A stretch of DNA of 32,000 bases from the NCBI GenBank assembly GCA_001695645.1, contig LVZN01000067.1, positions 71,105 through 103,104 of the forward strand. Reading direction: 5' to 3'. Of this stretch, positions 17,241 through 26,813 are shown piece after piece. Below the pieces are notes generated by a model. That model saw only the letters and a list, made by a program, of their open reading frames with translations. It ran no database searches and had not been told where the DNA came from. How positions within the stretch are numbered: position 1 is the stretch's first letter; each line of letters opens with the position of its first letter. The position numbers and the translations under genes are program-made. This DNA is from Erysipelotrichaceae bacterium MTC7 (GTDB lineage Bacteria > Bacillota_I > Bacilli_A > Erysipelotrichales > Erysipelotrichaceae).

Positions 17241-18581
17241 ATGAAACAATTTCAAAACCCAAGAGGGACAAGTGATATCCTTCCAAAAGATATAAAAAAA
17301 TGGCACGCAATTGAAGATGTGATTCGCCAATTTTGCATGCTTTATGATTATGAGGAGATTCGTACACCAATGTTTGAAGATACTGCGGTATTCAAACGTG
17401 AAAATGATAGTAGTGATGTTGTAAATAAAGAAATGTATACATTTTCTATCAATGGGAAAGACTCGTTAACTTTACGTCCAGAAATGACTGCAAGTGTTGT
17501 GCGCAGCTTTGTGCAACACAAAATGTTTGGTGAAGGTGATTTACCAAAGAAGTTGTACTATGTTGGACCGATGTTCCGCTATGAACGTCCACAAAAAGGA
17601 AGACAAAGAATTTTCCACCAATTTGGTGTGGAAGTGATTGGTGCAAAAAATCCATACCTTGATGTTGAAACGATTGCCTTAGGATACTCAATTGTCTCAG
17701 CTTTAGGTATGAGCGAGCTAAAAGTTTTAGTTAATACACTTGGTGATAATGAAAGTCGTGAGGCTTACCGTAAAGCTTTAAAAGAACACTTCGAAAAAGA
17801 TATCGATAACATGTGTGCGGATTGTAAACGTCGTTTACAGCAAAATCCATTGCGTTTATTGGATTGTAAAATTGATGCTGAACGCGAATCGATGAAAACA
17901 GCTCCAAGGATTGAAGATTATTTAACTGAAGAAAGTAAAGCGTACTTCGAAGCCGTTTGTGAAGGTCTAGATGGTCTTGGTATTCCTTATGAAATCGAAG
18001 ATCGTTTGGTGCGTGGACTGGATTACTATACAGACACCGTATTTGAAGTTGTTTCAACAAACAAAGAAATGGGAAGTCAATCCACTGTCTTTGGTGGTGG
18101 TCGTTATGATGGACTTGTAGAATACTTTGGTGGTCCAGAATTATCGGGAATTGGTTTTGCCATGGGTATGGAACGTTTATTGATTGCCTTAGAAGGTGAA
18201 GGCGTAGCGCTTGGTGAAGAAAAAACACTTGATGCTTATGTCTTAAGTTTGAGCCCAAATACATCATTTACTGCATTGCAACTTGTTACTGAATTACGTG
18301 CGGCTGGATACACAAGTGAAAGAGATTATCTTGATCGCTCATTTAAGGCACAATTTAAGAGCGTAGAGCGCAAAAACGCCAAAGTTGCAATAATTGTCGG
18401 TGAAAAAGATTTGATTGAAGGAAACGTGACCGTGAAAGTCATTGAAAGCCAAGAAAATATAACGGTTCCTGTTAACCAGGTTGTTGATTTGATGGATGAG
18501 TTATTTCAAAGTGAAGATGAACACGAATGTCATTGTGAAGATGGAAACTGTGAATGCCATAACCACAGTCACCACGAATAG
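17241..18581 (+). CDS. hisS: histidyl-tRNA synthetase with an unusual Cys/His-rich C-terminal tail
   Basis: Class II motifs and HisRS signatures (RGTSDILP, LRPEMTASVVR, YYVGPMFRYERPQKGRQRIFHQFGVE, GGGRYDGL, GFAMGMERL). GGAG SD precedes the start. The tail is SEDEHECHCEDGNCECHNHSHHE. Confidence 0.95.
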   Translation: MKQFQNPRGTSDILPKDIKKWHAIEDVIRQFCMLYDYEEIRTPMFEDTAVFKRENDSSDVVNKEMYTFSINGKDSLTLRPEMTASVVRSFVQHKMFGEGDLPKKLYYVGPMFRYERPQKGRQRIFHQFGVEVIGAKNPYLDVETIALGYSIVSALGMSELKVLVNTLGDNESREAYRKALKEHFEKDIDNMCADCKRRLQQNPLRLLDCKIDAERESMKTAPRIEDYLTEESKAYFEAVCEGLDGLGIPYEIEDRLVRGLDYYTDTVFEVVSTNKEMGSQSTVFGGGRYDGLVEYFGGPELSGIGFAMGMERLLIALEGEGVALGEEKTLDAYVLSLSPNTSFTALQLVTELRAAGYTSERDYLDRSFKAQFKSVERKNAKVAIIVGEKDLIEGNVTVKVIESQENITVPVNQVVDLMDELFQSEDEHECHCEDGNCECHNHSHHE

Positions 18582-18590
18582 GAGATAAAG

Positions 18591-20330
18591 ATGAAAAGAA
18601 CACATAACAATGGAGAATTGCGATTAAGCAATGTAAATGAAGAAGTAACCTTAATTGGTTGGGTAAGTAAACGCCGTAATTTTGGTGCACTTGTATTTAT
18701 CGATTTACGTGACCGCTTTGGAATTACACAATTGGTGTTTGATGAGCAACTTGCTAAGCACATCAGTAATGTTCGTAATGAATACATTTTAAAGGTTGAT
18801 GGAGTTGTTGCTGAACGTAAAGATAAAAACCCAAAACTAGCAACGGGTGATATTGAAATTAAAGTAAAAGGTGTTGAAATTGTAAACACTGCCGAAACGA
18901 CACCACTTATTATCGCAGATGAAACAGATGCCTTAGAAGATACACGTCTTGTATACCGCTACTTGGATCTACGTCGTCCCGTGATGCAAAACAAGATGAT
19001 GTTACGTCATAAAATCACAAAGACCATGCGTAACTTCTTAGATGATGAAACATTTGTTGAAATCGAAACTCCGATTCTAACAAAATCAACACCAGAAGGT
19101 GCGCGTGACTACTTAGTTCCAAGTCGTATCCATGAAGGTGAATTTTATGCACTTCCACAATCTCCTCAACTATTCAAACAGCTATTGATGATTTCAGGCT
19201 TTGAAAAATACTATCAAGTTGCACGTTGTTTTAGAGATGAAGATTTACGTGCTGACCGTCAACCGGACTTTACGCAAGTGGATATTGAAATGTCATTTAT
19301 GTCAGAAGTAGAAATTCAAACCTTGTTAGAAAACATGATGGTAAAAGTGATGAAAGAAACCTTGGACTATGATTTAAAAGTTCCATTTCTACGTTTGCCT
19401 TATGAAGAAGCTATGAATCGTTATGGTTCAGATAAACCAGATAATCGTTTTGGTATTGAATTGAAAGATATCAAAGGTGTCTTTGAACATTCAGAGTTCA
19501 AAGTATTCAAAGGTGTAGAAAGCATCAAAGCGATTGTTGTGCCTGAACAAGCCAGTCTATCAAGAAAAGAAATTGATAAACTTACTGACCTTGCAAAAAA
19601 ATACGGTGCAGGTGGACTTGTTTCCTTAAAATTTGTAGATGACGCACTTCAAGGTGGAGTTGTAAAATTCTTTAGTGATGCGGAAATGGCGGAACTTATC
19701 AATGTATTGAACCTACAAAACAATGACCTTGTACTCATAAGTAGTGATACATGGCAAACAACTTGTGAAGTGCTTGGGGCGTTGCGTTTACACTTTGCAG
19801 ATGTATTACAACTTACAAGCAAAGATGACTTCTCATTCCTATGGGTAACGGATTTCCCACTTGTGGAATATGACAAAGAAGATGGCCGTTATTATGCAAA
19901 ACACCACCCATTTACACGTCCAAAAGACGAGGACTTAAAATACCTAGATACAGCTCCAGAAAAAGTTCATGCAGCTGCATATGATATGGTGTTAAATGGT
20001 TATGAAATTGGTGGGGGATCACTTCGTATTTACGATAATGAAGTACAAAAGAAAATGTTTAAAATCTTAGGTTTTTCTGATGAAGAAATTCAAGAGCGTT
20101 TTGGCTTCTTTGTGGATGCATTTAAATATGGAACACCACCTCATGGTGGATTTGCATATGGACTTGACCGTGTGGCGATGATTTTAAGTAAATCAGACTC
20201 GATTCGTGATGTCATTGCATTCCCTAAAAATGCTGCTGCACGTTGTCCGATGACAGGTGCACCAGGTAAAGTTGATGACAAACAACTTGAAGAGTTGCAT
20301 TTACAAGTCGTTTACAGCGAAAAAGAGTAA
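18591..20330 (+). CDS. aspS: aspartyl-tRNA synthetase (bacterial type)
   Basis: OB-fold N-terminus (GWVSKRRNFGALVFIDLRDRFG), motifs FYALPQSPQLFKQLLM, QVARCFRDEDLRADRQPDFTQ and GGGSLRI, plus a GAD insertion. 579 aa. Confidence 0.95.
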   Translation: MKRTHNNGELRLSNVNEEVTLIGWVSKRRNFGALVFIDLRDRFGITQLVFDEQLAKHISNVRNEYILKVDGVVAERKDKNPKLATGDIEIKVKGVEIVNTAETTPLIIADETDALEDTRLVYRYLDLRRPVMQNKMMLRHKITKTMRNFLDDETFVEIETPILTKSTPEGARDYLVPSRIHEGEFYALPQSPQLFKQLLMISGFEKYYQVARCFRDEDLRADRQPDFTQVDIEMSFMSEVEIQTLLENMMVKVMKETLDYDLKVPFLRLPYEEAMNRYGSDKPDNRFGIELKDIKGVFEHSEFKVFKGVESIKAIVVPEQASLSRKEIDKLTDLAKKYGAGGLVSLKFVDDALQGGVVKFFSDAEMAELINVLNLQNNDLVLISSDTWQTTCEVLGALRLHFADVLQLTSKDDFSFLWVTDFPLVEYDKEDGRYYAKHHPFTRPKDEDLKYLDTAPEKVHAAAYDMVLNGYEIGGGSLRIYDNEVQKKMFKILGFSDEEIQERFGFFVDAFKYGTPPHGGFAYGLDRVAMILSKSDSIRDVIAFPKNAAARCPMTGAPGKVDDKQLEELHLQVVYSEKE

Positions 20331-20400
20331 AAGCACAAACAAGCATAAATAACTTGGTTGTCAAGACTGCACTTTAGCAAACAAACTGATATAATATACA

Positions 20401-20587
20401 TGTCTAGGAGTTACATATTTTCCGACACTTTGAGATAAGGGATTTTAGAAGTTGTATCACTGTGTTGAACGCCTTTGCATTGCTTAGGAATCCTAGTGTG
20501 GTACACAGAAAACCCACCTGCTAAAACAGGGAAAGATCTCCTCCTAGACATAAAATAATAACGAAAAAGCACGCAAGTGCTTTTTTT
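20401..20587 (+). ncRNA. ssrS: 6S RNA (RNA polymerase-binding regulatory RNA); ends approximate
   Basis: - Extended -10 TGaTATAAT at 20387-20395.
- 11-bp closing helix 20400-20410/20541-20551 and UUUUCC/GGGAAA 20418-20423/20529-20534.
- Two-sided central bubble of about 15 and 13 nt (20424-20438 / 20516-20528).
- Distal helices 20439-20446/20509-20515 and 20454-20460/20498-20504.
- Intrinsic terminator at 20564-20587.
- Same position as B. subtilis 6S-1 (bsrA), just downstream of aspS. Confidence 0.65.
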
Positions 20588-20599
20588 GTTTACGATATA

Positions 20600-20616
20600 A
20601 TTTGTATGGTACAAAT
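20600..20616. promoter_or_regulatory. AraR-like operator, box 1 (ATTTGTA-TGG-TACAAAT)
   Basis: 7-bp arms identical to the AraR consensus half-sites, but with one extra central nt (17 bp). It overlaps -10-like elements TATAAT (20596-20601) and TGgTACAAA (20608-20616). Confidence 0.5.
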
Positions 20617-20659
20617 AGAATAATATCTTTGCAATCTTACGATTTTTTATGAATATTTT

Positions 20660-20720
20660 ACGGACTTTCAATTTGTACGTACAAATTATGTATTTTTTGT
20701 TGAAAGTCCGTTTTTATTTT
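20660..20720 (+). terminator. terminator-shaped hairpin enclosing AraR box 2
   Basis: Perfect 12-bp arms ACGGACTTTCAA (20660-20671) and TTGAAAGTCCGT (20700-20711) are followed by TTTTTATTTT. The 28-nt loop contains the AraR palindrome. Confidence 0.45.
20670..20687. promoter_or_regulatory. AraR operator, box 2 (perfect palindrome AATTTGTACGTACAAATT)
   Basis: The core ATTTGTACGTACAAAT equals the 16-bp AraR operator consensus I recall from B. subtilis. It lies 63 nt upstream of the araR start codon. Confidence 0.7.
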
Positions 20721-20749
20721 GCTAAGGTTTGCTTGAAAAGAGGGATATT

Positions 20750-21841
20750 ATGGCAAATGCAAAATACGTAATTGTTGCAAATTGGATCAAAGAACAAATT
20801 GATAAAGGTAAACTGAGGCATGGGCAAAAAATTCAAACCGAAGCACAGTTATCCAAACAGTTTGGTTATTCACGGCAAACGATTCGACAAGCAATATCAT
20901 CACTCATCAATGAGGGATTATTGGAATCTACACAAGGCTCTGGAACGTATGTTCGAAAAAGTAAACGAAGTGATCAAGCAAGTAGAGTCATTGGTGTGAT
21001 AACAACCTACAATACGGATTATATTTTCCCAAGAATTCTTGGCGGCATGGAAGAAGTTTTGGCAGATCATGAATATGCAATGCAACTAGCGTTTACTCAC
21101 AACCGTGTGAGTGATGAACGACGTGCATTGGAACTAATGCTGCAATCAAATGTGGATGGTTTTATTGTTGAACCGACACGTAGTGCTCTGCCTAATCCAA
21201 ATATGGATTTGTATCATAGTTTAATCGATCAAGGATATCCACTACTTTTTATCAATGCTAGTTATCAGACGCTACCCACAGTTCATGTTGCTTTGGATGA
21301 TCGCAAAACGGGAAAGATGATTTATGACTATGTGTTTGAAAGAGGTCATCGTAAAATCTTTTCATTCTTTAAATATGATGATATACAAGGACATCTACGT
21401 TATGCAGGAGCCAATGATGCCAGCAAATTACATGGTGAACAAATCAATGATGATGATATTTACTGGTATAGCACAGAGGATTTTGAAAAAGGAATCTTTG
21501 ATCAAAGACTGCTTGAGCGCTTGAAAAACTATACAGCCGTTCTTTGCTACAACGATGCACTGGCATATCAACTTCTTGAATTCTTAGAAAAGCATGACAT
21601 GCATGTGCCTGAAGAATTGTCAATTGTTTCGGTTGACCACTCGGACTTTATTGGAAAAAGTAATATTGAGATTACATCGGTCGTGCACCCAATGCAAAAG
21701 CTAGGAAGTGCAGCAGCAAAAACAATGTTAGAAATGGTTCAAAAACCGTCGTATAACACGTCGGTTGATTTTCAACCAAGACTGGTTGAAGGAAATAGTG
21801 TTAAAAACATTCAAATACAAATAGGAGGTCAAGATGAATAG
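20750..21841 (+). CDS. araR: arabinose-responsive repressor AraR (GntR-type wHTH fused to a LacI/GalR-type sugar-binding domain)
   Basis: N-terminus KYVIVANWIKEQIDKGKLRHGQKIQTEAQLSKQFGYSRQTIRQAISSLINEGLLESTQGSGTYV is a GntR HTH. The C-terminal periplasmic-binding-like fold is IGVITTY...DGFIVEP...NDALAY. AGAGGGA SD precedes ATG 20750, and the tracked TTG 20729 is less likely. Confidence 0.85.
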   Translation: MANAKYVIVANWIKEQIDKGKLRHGQKIQTEAQLSKQFGYSRQTIRQAISSLINEGLLESTQGSGTYVRKSKRSDQASRVIGVITTYNTDYIFPRILGGMEEVLADHEYAMQLAFTHNRVSDERRALELMLQSNVDGFIVEPTRSALPNPNMDLYHSLIDQGYPLLFINASYQTLPTVHVALDDRKTGKMIYDYVFERGHRKIFSFFKYDDIQGHLRYAGANDASKLHGEQINDDDIYWYSTEDFEKGIFDQRLLERLKNYTAVLCYNDALAYQLLEFLEKHDMHVPEELSIVSVDHSDFIGKSNIEITSVVHPMQKLGSAAAKTMLEMVQKPSYNTSVDFQPRLVEGNSVKNIQIQIGGQDE

Positions 21842-23315
21842 TTTAAAACAATACAATTTTTGGTTTGTGGTAGGTTCACAAGATTTATATGGGGAAGAAA
21901 CCCTAAAACAAGTAGATGAGCACACAAAGATTATGGTTGAAGGATGGAATAAAGATCCAAACGTGATTGGAAACATCGTATGGAAACCAGTTGTTCGTAA
22001 TGCAAAAGAAATCAAGGATACGATTATTGCTGCAAATAACGATGAAAACTGTGCTGGTGTTATTACATGGATGCACACGTTTAGTCCAAGTAAAATGTGG
22101 ATTCCTGGCTTTAAAGTGCTAAGCAAACCACTATTACACTTGAACACGCAATTCAATCGTGACATTCCATGGAGCGAGATTGATATGGACTTTATGAACT
22201 TAAATCAAGCTGCACATGGGGACCGCGAACACGGGTATATCATTGCGCGCATGCGAATGAATCAAAAGGTAATCAGTGGGCACTGGGAAGATGAAACACA
22301 AAGAAAACGTATGGGTTCTTGGATGCGTGCAGCTATTGGAGCAGCAGAATCAAGCAAGACTCGTGTTATGCGTATTTCTGATAACATGCGTGATGTTGCA
22401 GTTACTGATGGTGATAAAGTAGAAGCAGCAATCAAACTTGGATGGAGTGTTGATCACTATGGAGTTGGGGACATTATCCAACTGGTTGATCAAGTAACTG
22501 ATGCAGAAATTGATGCACAAATGAAAGAATATGAAACGCACTATCACATGGCTACCGATCAAATCGATGCGGTTCGTTACCAAGCAAGAGAAGAAGTTGC
22601 TATTGAAAAAGCGATGAAAGAATTTGGAGATTACAATGCGTTCCATACAAACTTCCAAGACTTGCAAAGCTTAAAACAATTACCAGGTCTTGCAGCGCAA
22701 GATTTGGAACGTAAAGGATATGGATTTGCTGGTGAAGGTGACTGGAAAACAGCTGCAATGACACGTATCATGAAAGCGATGACGGTTGATAAAGACGGTG
22801 GAACTGGATTTATGGAAGATTACACCTACAACTTTGACCCAAAAAATGGTATGAACATGGGTGCACATATGTTGGAAGTCTGTCCAACTTTAGCCGAATC
22901 AACACCAAACATTGAAGTTCATGAATTAGGAATTGGAGATCGTGAAGCGCCTGCTCGATTAACTTTTAAAGCAAAGGCAGGACCTGCCATCTTAGTTACA
23001 TTAGTTGACATGGGAGATCGTTTCCGCATGATTTGTCATGACGTCGTTTGTCAAAAGCAAGAGCACGAAATGCCTAAACTACCAGTTGCTGGTGTTTTAT
23101 GGAAACCATTACCGGATTTAGAATCAAGTACCGAAGCTTGGATCTATGCAGGTGGAGCCCACCACTGTACGATTAGTTACGATCTAACTGCTGAAGAAAT
23201 GCGTGATTTTGCTGAAATTATGGATATTGAATTTATTCATATTGGTAAAGACTTAGATTTACCAACATTTAGAAGAGAATTACAATACAACGATCTTCTT
23301 TGGAAGTTAAAATAG
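21834..23315 (+). CDS. araA: L-arabinose isomerase
   Basis: Collinear with remembered B. subtilis AraA (FWFVxGSQxLYGEETL, [46 protein letters not shown]-like). AGGAGG SD. The start overlaps the araR stop (ATGAATAG). Confidence 0.95.
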   Translation: MNSLKQYNFWFVVGSQDLYGEETLKQVDEHTKIMVEGWNKDPNVIGNIVWKPVVRNAKEIKDTIIAANNDENCAGVITWMHTFSPSKMWIPGFKVLSKPLLHLNTQFNRDIPWSEIDMDFMNLNQAAHGDREHGYIIARMRMNQKVISGHWEDETQRKRMGSWMRAAIGAAESSKTRVMRISDNMRDVAVTDGDKVEAAIKLGWSVDHYGVGDIIQLVDQVTDAEIDAQMKEYETHYHMATDQIDAVRYQAREEVAIEKAMKEFGDYNAFHTNFQDLQSLKQLPGLAAQDLERKGYGFAGEGDWKTAAMTRIMKAMTVDKDGGTGFMEDYTYNFDPKNGMNMGAHMLEVCPTLAESTPNIEVHELGIGDREAPARLTFKAKAGPAILVTLVDMGDRFRMICHDVVCQKQEHEMPKLPVAGVLWKPLPDLESSTEAWIYAGGAHHCTISYDLTAEEMRDFAEIMDIEFIHIGKDLDLPTFRRELQYNDLLWKLK

Positions 23316-23323
23316 GTGATCAC

Positions 23324-24025
23324 ATGTATGAACAGTTAAAACAACGTGTACTTGATGCAAACTTGCTTTTGCCTACATATGGACTCATCACGTTTACTTG
23401 GGGAAATGTCTCAGAAATCGATCGTGAACATGGAGTTGTGGCAATTAAACCAAGTGGGGTTTCTTACGATGATATGAAAGTTGAAGATATTGTCGTTGTC
23501 GATTTAGAAGGAAATGTCGTAGAGGGTTCTTTGAAGCCATCTAGCGACTTGATGACACACCTTGCATTTTACAATGCTTGGCCATTGGTGAATGGTGTTG
23601 TACATACGCATTCGCGTTGGGCAACCTCATTTGCTCAAGCAGGTCTAGGTATACCAGCATTTGGTACAACGCAAGCAGATTACTTCTATGGTGAAATTCC
23701 TTGTACGCGTATGATGACAAACGATGAAATCCATGGAGCATATGAACTAGAAACAGGAAACGTCATCATTGAAACCTTTGCGCAAAGGCAAATCAATCCA
23801 GTTGATGTGCCTGCTGTACTGGTGCACTCGCACGGTCCATTTGCCTGGGGTAAAGATGGTTTTGATGCTGTCCATAATGCTGTTGTGATGGAAGAATGTG
23901 CCGCCATGGCATTTACAACGATGCAATTGCAACAAGGAAATGCAGAAGTGATGCAACAAGAATTGTTAGATAAACACTTTAAAAGAAAACATGGTCCAAA
24001 TGCATATTATGGACAGGGGAAATAG
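23324..24025 (+). CDS. araD: L-ribulose-5-phosphate 4-epimerase
   Basis: [51 protein letters not shown] and HGPF.WGKD. AGGTGA SD precedes ATG 23324, and the tracked TTG 23300 lies inside araA. Confidence 0.9.
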   Translation: MYEQLKQRVLDANLLLPTYGLITFTWGNVSEIDREHGVVAIKPSGVSYDDMKVEDIVVVDLEGNVVEGSLKPSSDLMTHLAFYNAWPLVNGVVHTHSRWATSFAQAGLGIPAFGTTQADYFYGEIPCTRMMTNDEIHGAYELETGNVIIETFAQRQINPVDVPAVLVHSHGPFAWGKDGFDAVHNAVVMEECAAMAFTTMQLQQGNAEVMQQELLDKHFKRKHGPNAYYGQGK

Positions 24026-24027
24026 CG

Positions 24028-25026
24028 ATGGCAATTACCGTAGAAAAGATTAATGATCGATTGGTTCAATATACCTTAGTTTCGAAAGAATTAACGGTTA
24101 AGATCATCAATTTAGGGGCAACGATTACGCATGTTATCTACAATAAAGATCATATGGATGTAGTGTTGGGACAACCGTGTTTGGATGATTATCCAAATGA
24201 AGATGCATATTTTGGTGCAACCATTGGCCGCTTTGCCAATCGAATTCGAAAAGGACACTTTAGGCTTGATGGTAAAGCGTATCAACTTGCCATTAATAAT
24301 GTTCCTAACGCATTACATGGAGGTCCTAAAGGCTTTCATGCACAATACTTTGAGGGTGCAGTCGAAGGGGATACATTACATTTGTCTTATGTCAGTAAAG
24401 ATGGAGAAGAAGGGTATCCTGGCAATTTGCAATTTAAAGTTTCGTTTACACTAATTGATGATACATTAGACGTTGAGTATCAGGCAATTTGCGACGCAGA
24501 CACGATTGTCAATTTTACAAACCACAGTTATTTTGCTTTACAAGGACAAGGCAATGGCGATGTGACTGAACAAGTGATGACTTCCACTGCATCAAGATAC
24601 GGGATTGGTGATCAAGATCGTTTGGTTACTGGTGAACTAGCAGATGTAAAAGGAACGCCATTTGATTTTTTAACAGCGAAAACCATTGGGCAAGATATTG
24701 ACGCGGATGATAAACAAATTCAATACTGTGACGGCTATGATCACTACTTTGATTTTAATGATAGTGATATAAAAACTGTAACCGTGTTTGATCCAACTAC
24801 AAAACACAAACTAACGGTAACTACCGATCTAACTGGGTATCACTTTTATGTGCCAGCATATGAAACACCAGTGTTGGGAAAAGATGGAGCCAGCTACATC
24901 GGACACTGTGCGTTCTGTATTGAAACTTCATTTATGCCAGACAATATCAACCTACAAGAACAACCAGATTCATTACTAAAGGCTAACGAAACGTTTTATT
25001 CGAAAACAACGTTTACCTTTTCATAA
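24028..25026 (+). CDS. galM: aldose 1-epimerase (mutarotase)
   Basis: Family motifs GATIGRFANRI, LHGGPKGF, GYPGNL and TNHSYF. 332 aa. Confidence 0.8.
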   Translation: MAITVEKINDRLVQYTLVSKELTVKIINLGATITHVIYNKDHMDVVLGQPCLDDYPNEDAYFGATIGRFANRIRKGHFRLDGKAYQLAINNVPNALHGGPKGFHAQYFEGAVEGDTLHLSYVSKDGEEGYPGNLQFKVSFTLIDDTLDVEYQAICDADTIVNFTNHSYFALQGQGNGDVTEQVMTSTASRYGIGDQDRLVTGELADVKGTPFDFLTAKTIGQDIDADDKQIQYCDGYDHYFDFNDSDIKTVTVFDPTTKHKLTVTTDLTGYHFYVPAYETPVLGKDGASYIGHCAFCIETSFMPDNINLQEQPDSLLKANETFYSKTTFTFS

Positions 25027-25037
25027 AGGGGGACAAT

Positions 25038-26636
25038 ATGAATAATGAACAAATAAAAAAAGAAATCCAAGATGGAAGTACATCCCTAGGTATTGAACTT
25101 GGATCAACAAGAATTAAAGCCGTGTTGATTGCAAGTGATTGCTCGGTGATTGCAAGTGGAAATCATGAATGGAAATCGACCTATAAAGACGGTATTTTTA
25201 CATATGATGAAACAGAAATTTGGCAAGGAATTCAAGAAAGCTATAAAGAACTTAAGCAAGTTGTTAGAAAAATGTATGGCCTTACGTTAACAAACATCGG
25301 ACAAATTGGAATTAGTGCGATGATGCATGGATATATGGCATTCAATGCAAACGATGAATTGCTTGTTCCATTTCGTACATGGCAAAATACCATCACACAA
25401 GATGCAAGCAAGAAACTAACAACACTGTTCGATTATAAAATTCCACAACGTTGTTCCATTGCACACCTTTATCAAGCGATGTTGAATCAAGAAGACCATG
25501 TCAAAGACATTGACTTTTTAGCAACATTAGCTGGGTATGTGCACTACAAACTAACTGGTGTGAAAGCCATCGGTGTTGGCGAAGCTAGTGGGATGTTTCC
25601 CATTGATTTAGCAACACGCGATTACAATCAACAAATGGTTGTTGCTTTTGATCAACTCGTTAAAACAGAAGGGTATGCATGGAATTTACTTGACATTCTA
25701 CCTAAAGTATTCGTTGCTGGTGAAGATGCAGGAACTTTAACAAACAAGGGTGCTTTATTGCTAGATGTTTCGGGTGAATTGCATAGTGGAAGTTTGTGTT
25801 GTCCCGCCGAGGGAGATGCAGGTACAGGTATGGTTGCAACCAATGCAGTTGCCATGCGTACTGGAAATATTTCTGCTGGAACTTCTACCTTTGCCATGGT
25901 CGTACTTGAAAAAGAACTATCAAAAGTTTATGACGCGATTGATGTTGTGACAACGCCAAGTGGGGAATTGGTCGCAATGGTACATGTAAACAACTGTACA
26001 AGTGATTTAAATGCATGGATGTCTATGTTTGAAGAACTGCTTGCTACATTTGGCACAAAAGTCTCAAAACATGAACTGTTCACCACACTTTTCAAGAAGG
26101 CATTAGAAGGCGATGTGGATTGTGGTGGCTTGTTAAACTACAATTATTTATCTGGTGAGCACATTACAGAGATTCATAATGGTCGTCCTTTATTTGTGCG
26201 TAAACCAACCAGTCGCTTTACTTTAGCTAATTTTATGCGTACACAGTTGTATGCATCATTTGGTGTCTTAAAACTCGGTATGGATATCTTACTAAAAGAA
26301 GAGCATGTCGCTCTTGACTGTATGTATGGACACGGTGGTTTTTTCAAAACTGAGGAAGTTGGACAACGCATTTTAGCTGCAGCTTTACGCACACCAATTG
26401 CCTTAATGGAAACTGCAGGCGAAGGTGGAGCATGGGGAATCGCGGTACTTGCACAGTATCTAACCAACAATAAGAAGTCATTGGCAGCTTATTTAAGTGA
26501 AGATGTTTTCAAAGAAAGTCAACAAATTGTAGTACAACCACATGAAGATGAAGCCGTTGGATTTGATACCTTCATGGAAAATTATGTAGAAGCTTTACCA
26601 GTTGTCAAACTGGCTTCAGAAATTATAAGCGAATAA
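25038..26636 (+). CDS. araB: FGGY-family sugar kinase, probable L-ribulokinase (Lactobacillus-type AraB)
   Basis: N-terminal actin-fold ATPase motif LGIELGSTRIKAVLI, AMMHGY and FRTWQN. Size (532 aa) and operon context match the ribulokinases of lactic acid bacteria as I recall them. It supplies the only otherwise missing step of the pathway. Confidence 0.7.
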   Translation: MNNEQIKKEIQDGSTSLGIELGSTRIKAVLIASDCSVIASGNHEWKSTYKDGIFTYDETEIWQGIQESYKELKQVVRKMYGLTLTNIGQIGISAMMHGYMAFNANDELLVPFRTWQNTITQDASKKLTTLFDYKIPQRCSIAHLYQAMLNQEDHVKDIDFLATLAGYVHYKLTGVKAIGVGEASGMFPIDLATRDYNQQMVVAFDQLVKTEGYAWNLLDILPKVFVAGEDAGTLTNKGALLLDVSGELHSGSLCCPAEGDAGTGMVATNAVAMRTGNISAGTSTFAMVVLEKELSKVYDAIDVVTTPSGELVAMVHVNNCTSDLNAWMSMFEELLATFGTKVSKHELFTTLFKKALEGDVDCGGLLNYNYLSGEHITEIHNGRPLFVRKPTSRFTLANFMRTQLYASFGVLKLGMDILLKEEHVALDCMYGHGGFFKTEEVGQRILAAALRTPIALMETAGEGGAWGIAVLAQYLTNNKKSLAAYLSEDVFKESQQIVVQPHEDEAVGFDTFMENYVEALPVVKLASEIISE

Positions 26637-26813
26637 TTTGATATTTATGAGTAAAAAAATTGGTTTCCAAGATTTCGTCTTAGAATTCTCAATCAATAAG
26701 TATTTTGATGGAAATCAGTAGCAATTGTAATTTCAAATTATGATAGAAAATGGTACAATTATGCAGAAAGGATTATAAAGAGAAATTTATGTTTCTCTTT
26801 TAAAATGGTACGT

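Noticed and set aside
17731-18267. 178-aa minus-strand ORF antisense to hisS, strikingly long for an AT-rich genome
   Set aside because: It lies entirely inside a confidently identified gene. It has no SD or promoter upstream of 18267, and its H/Q/L-rich, low-complexity composition is typical of the antisense frame of a codon-biased gene.
20358-20395. TTGTCA at 20358-20363 as the -35 of the 6S promoter
   Set aside because: It lies 26 nt from the TATAAT, which is too far. The promoter call rests on the extended -10 only.
20411-20671. 86-aa minus-strand ORF filling the aspS-araR gap
   Set aside because: It overlaps the + strand promoter, rod-like RNA and terminator that are better explained as 6S RNA, and it also runs through the AraR operators. 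It has no SD and the sequence looks implausible.
26723-26760. AATTGTA ... TACAATT inverted repeat upstream of transketolase as a third AraR operator
   Set aside because: The half-sites are 24 nt apart rather than adjacent, and the right half is better explained as an extended -10 (TGgTACAAT). It was kept only as a note in the transketolase leader finding.
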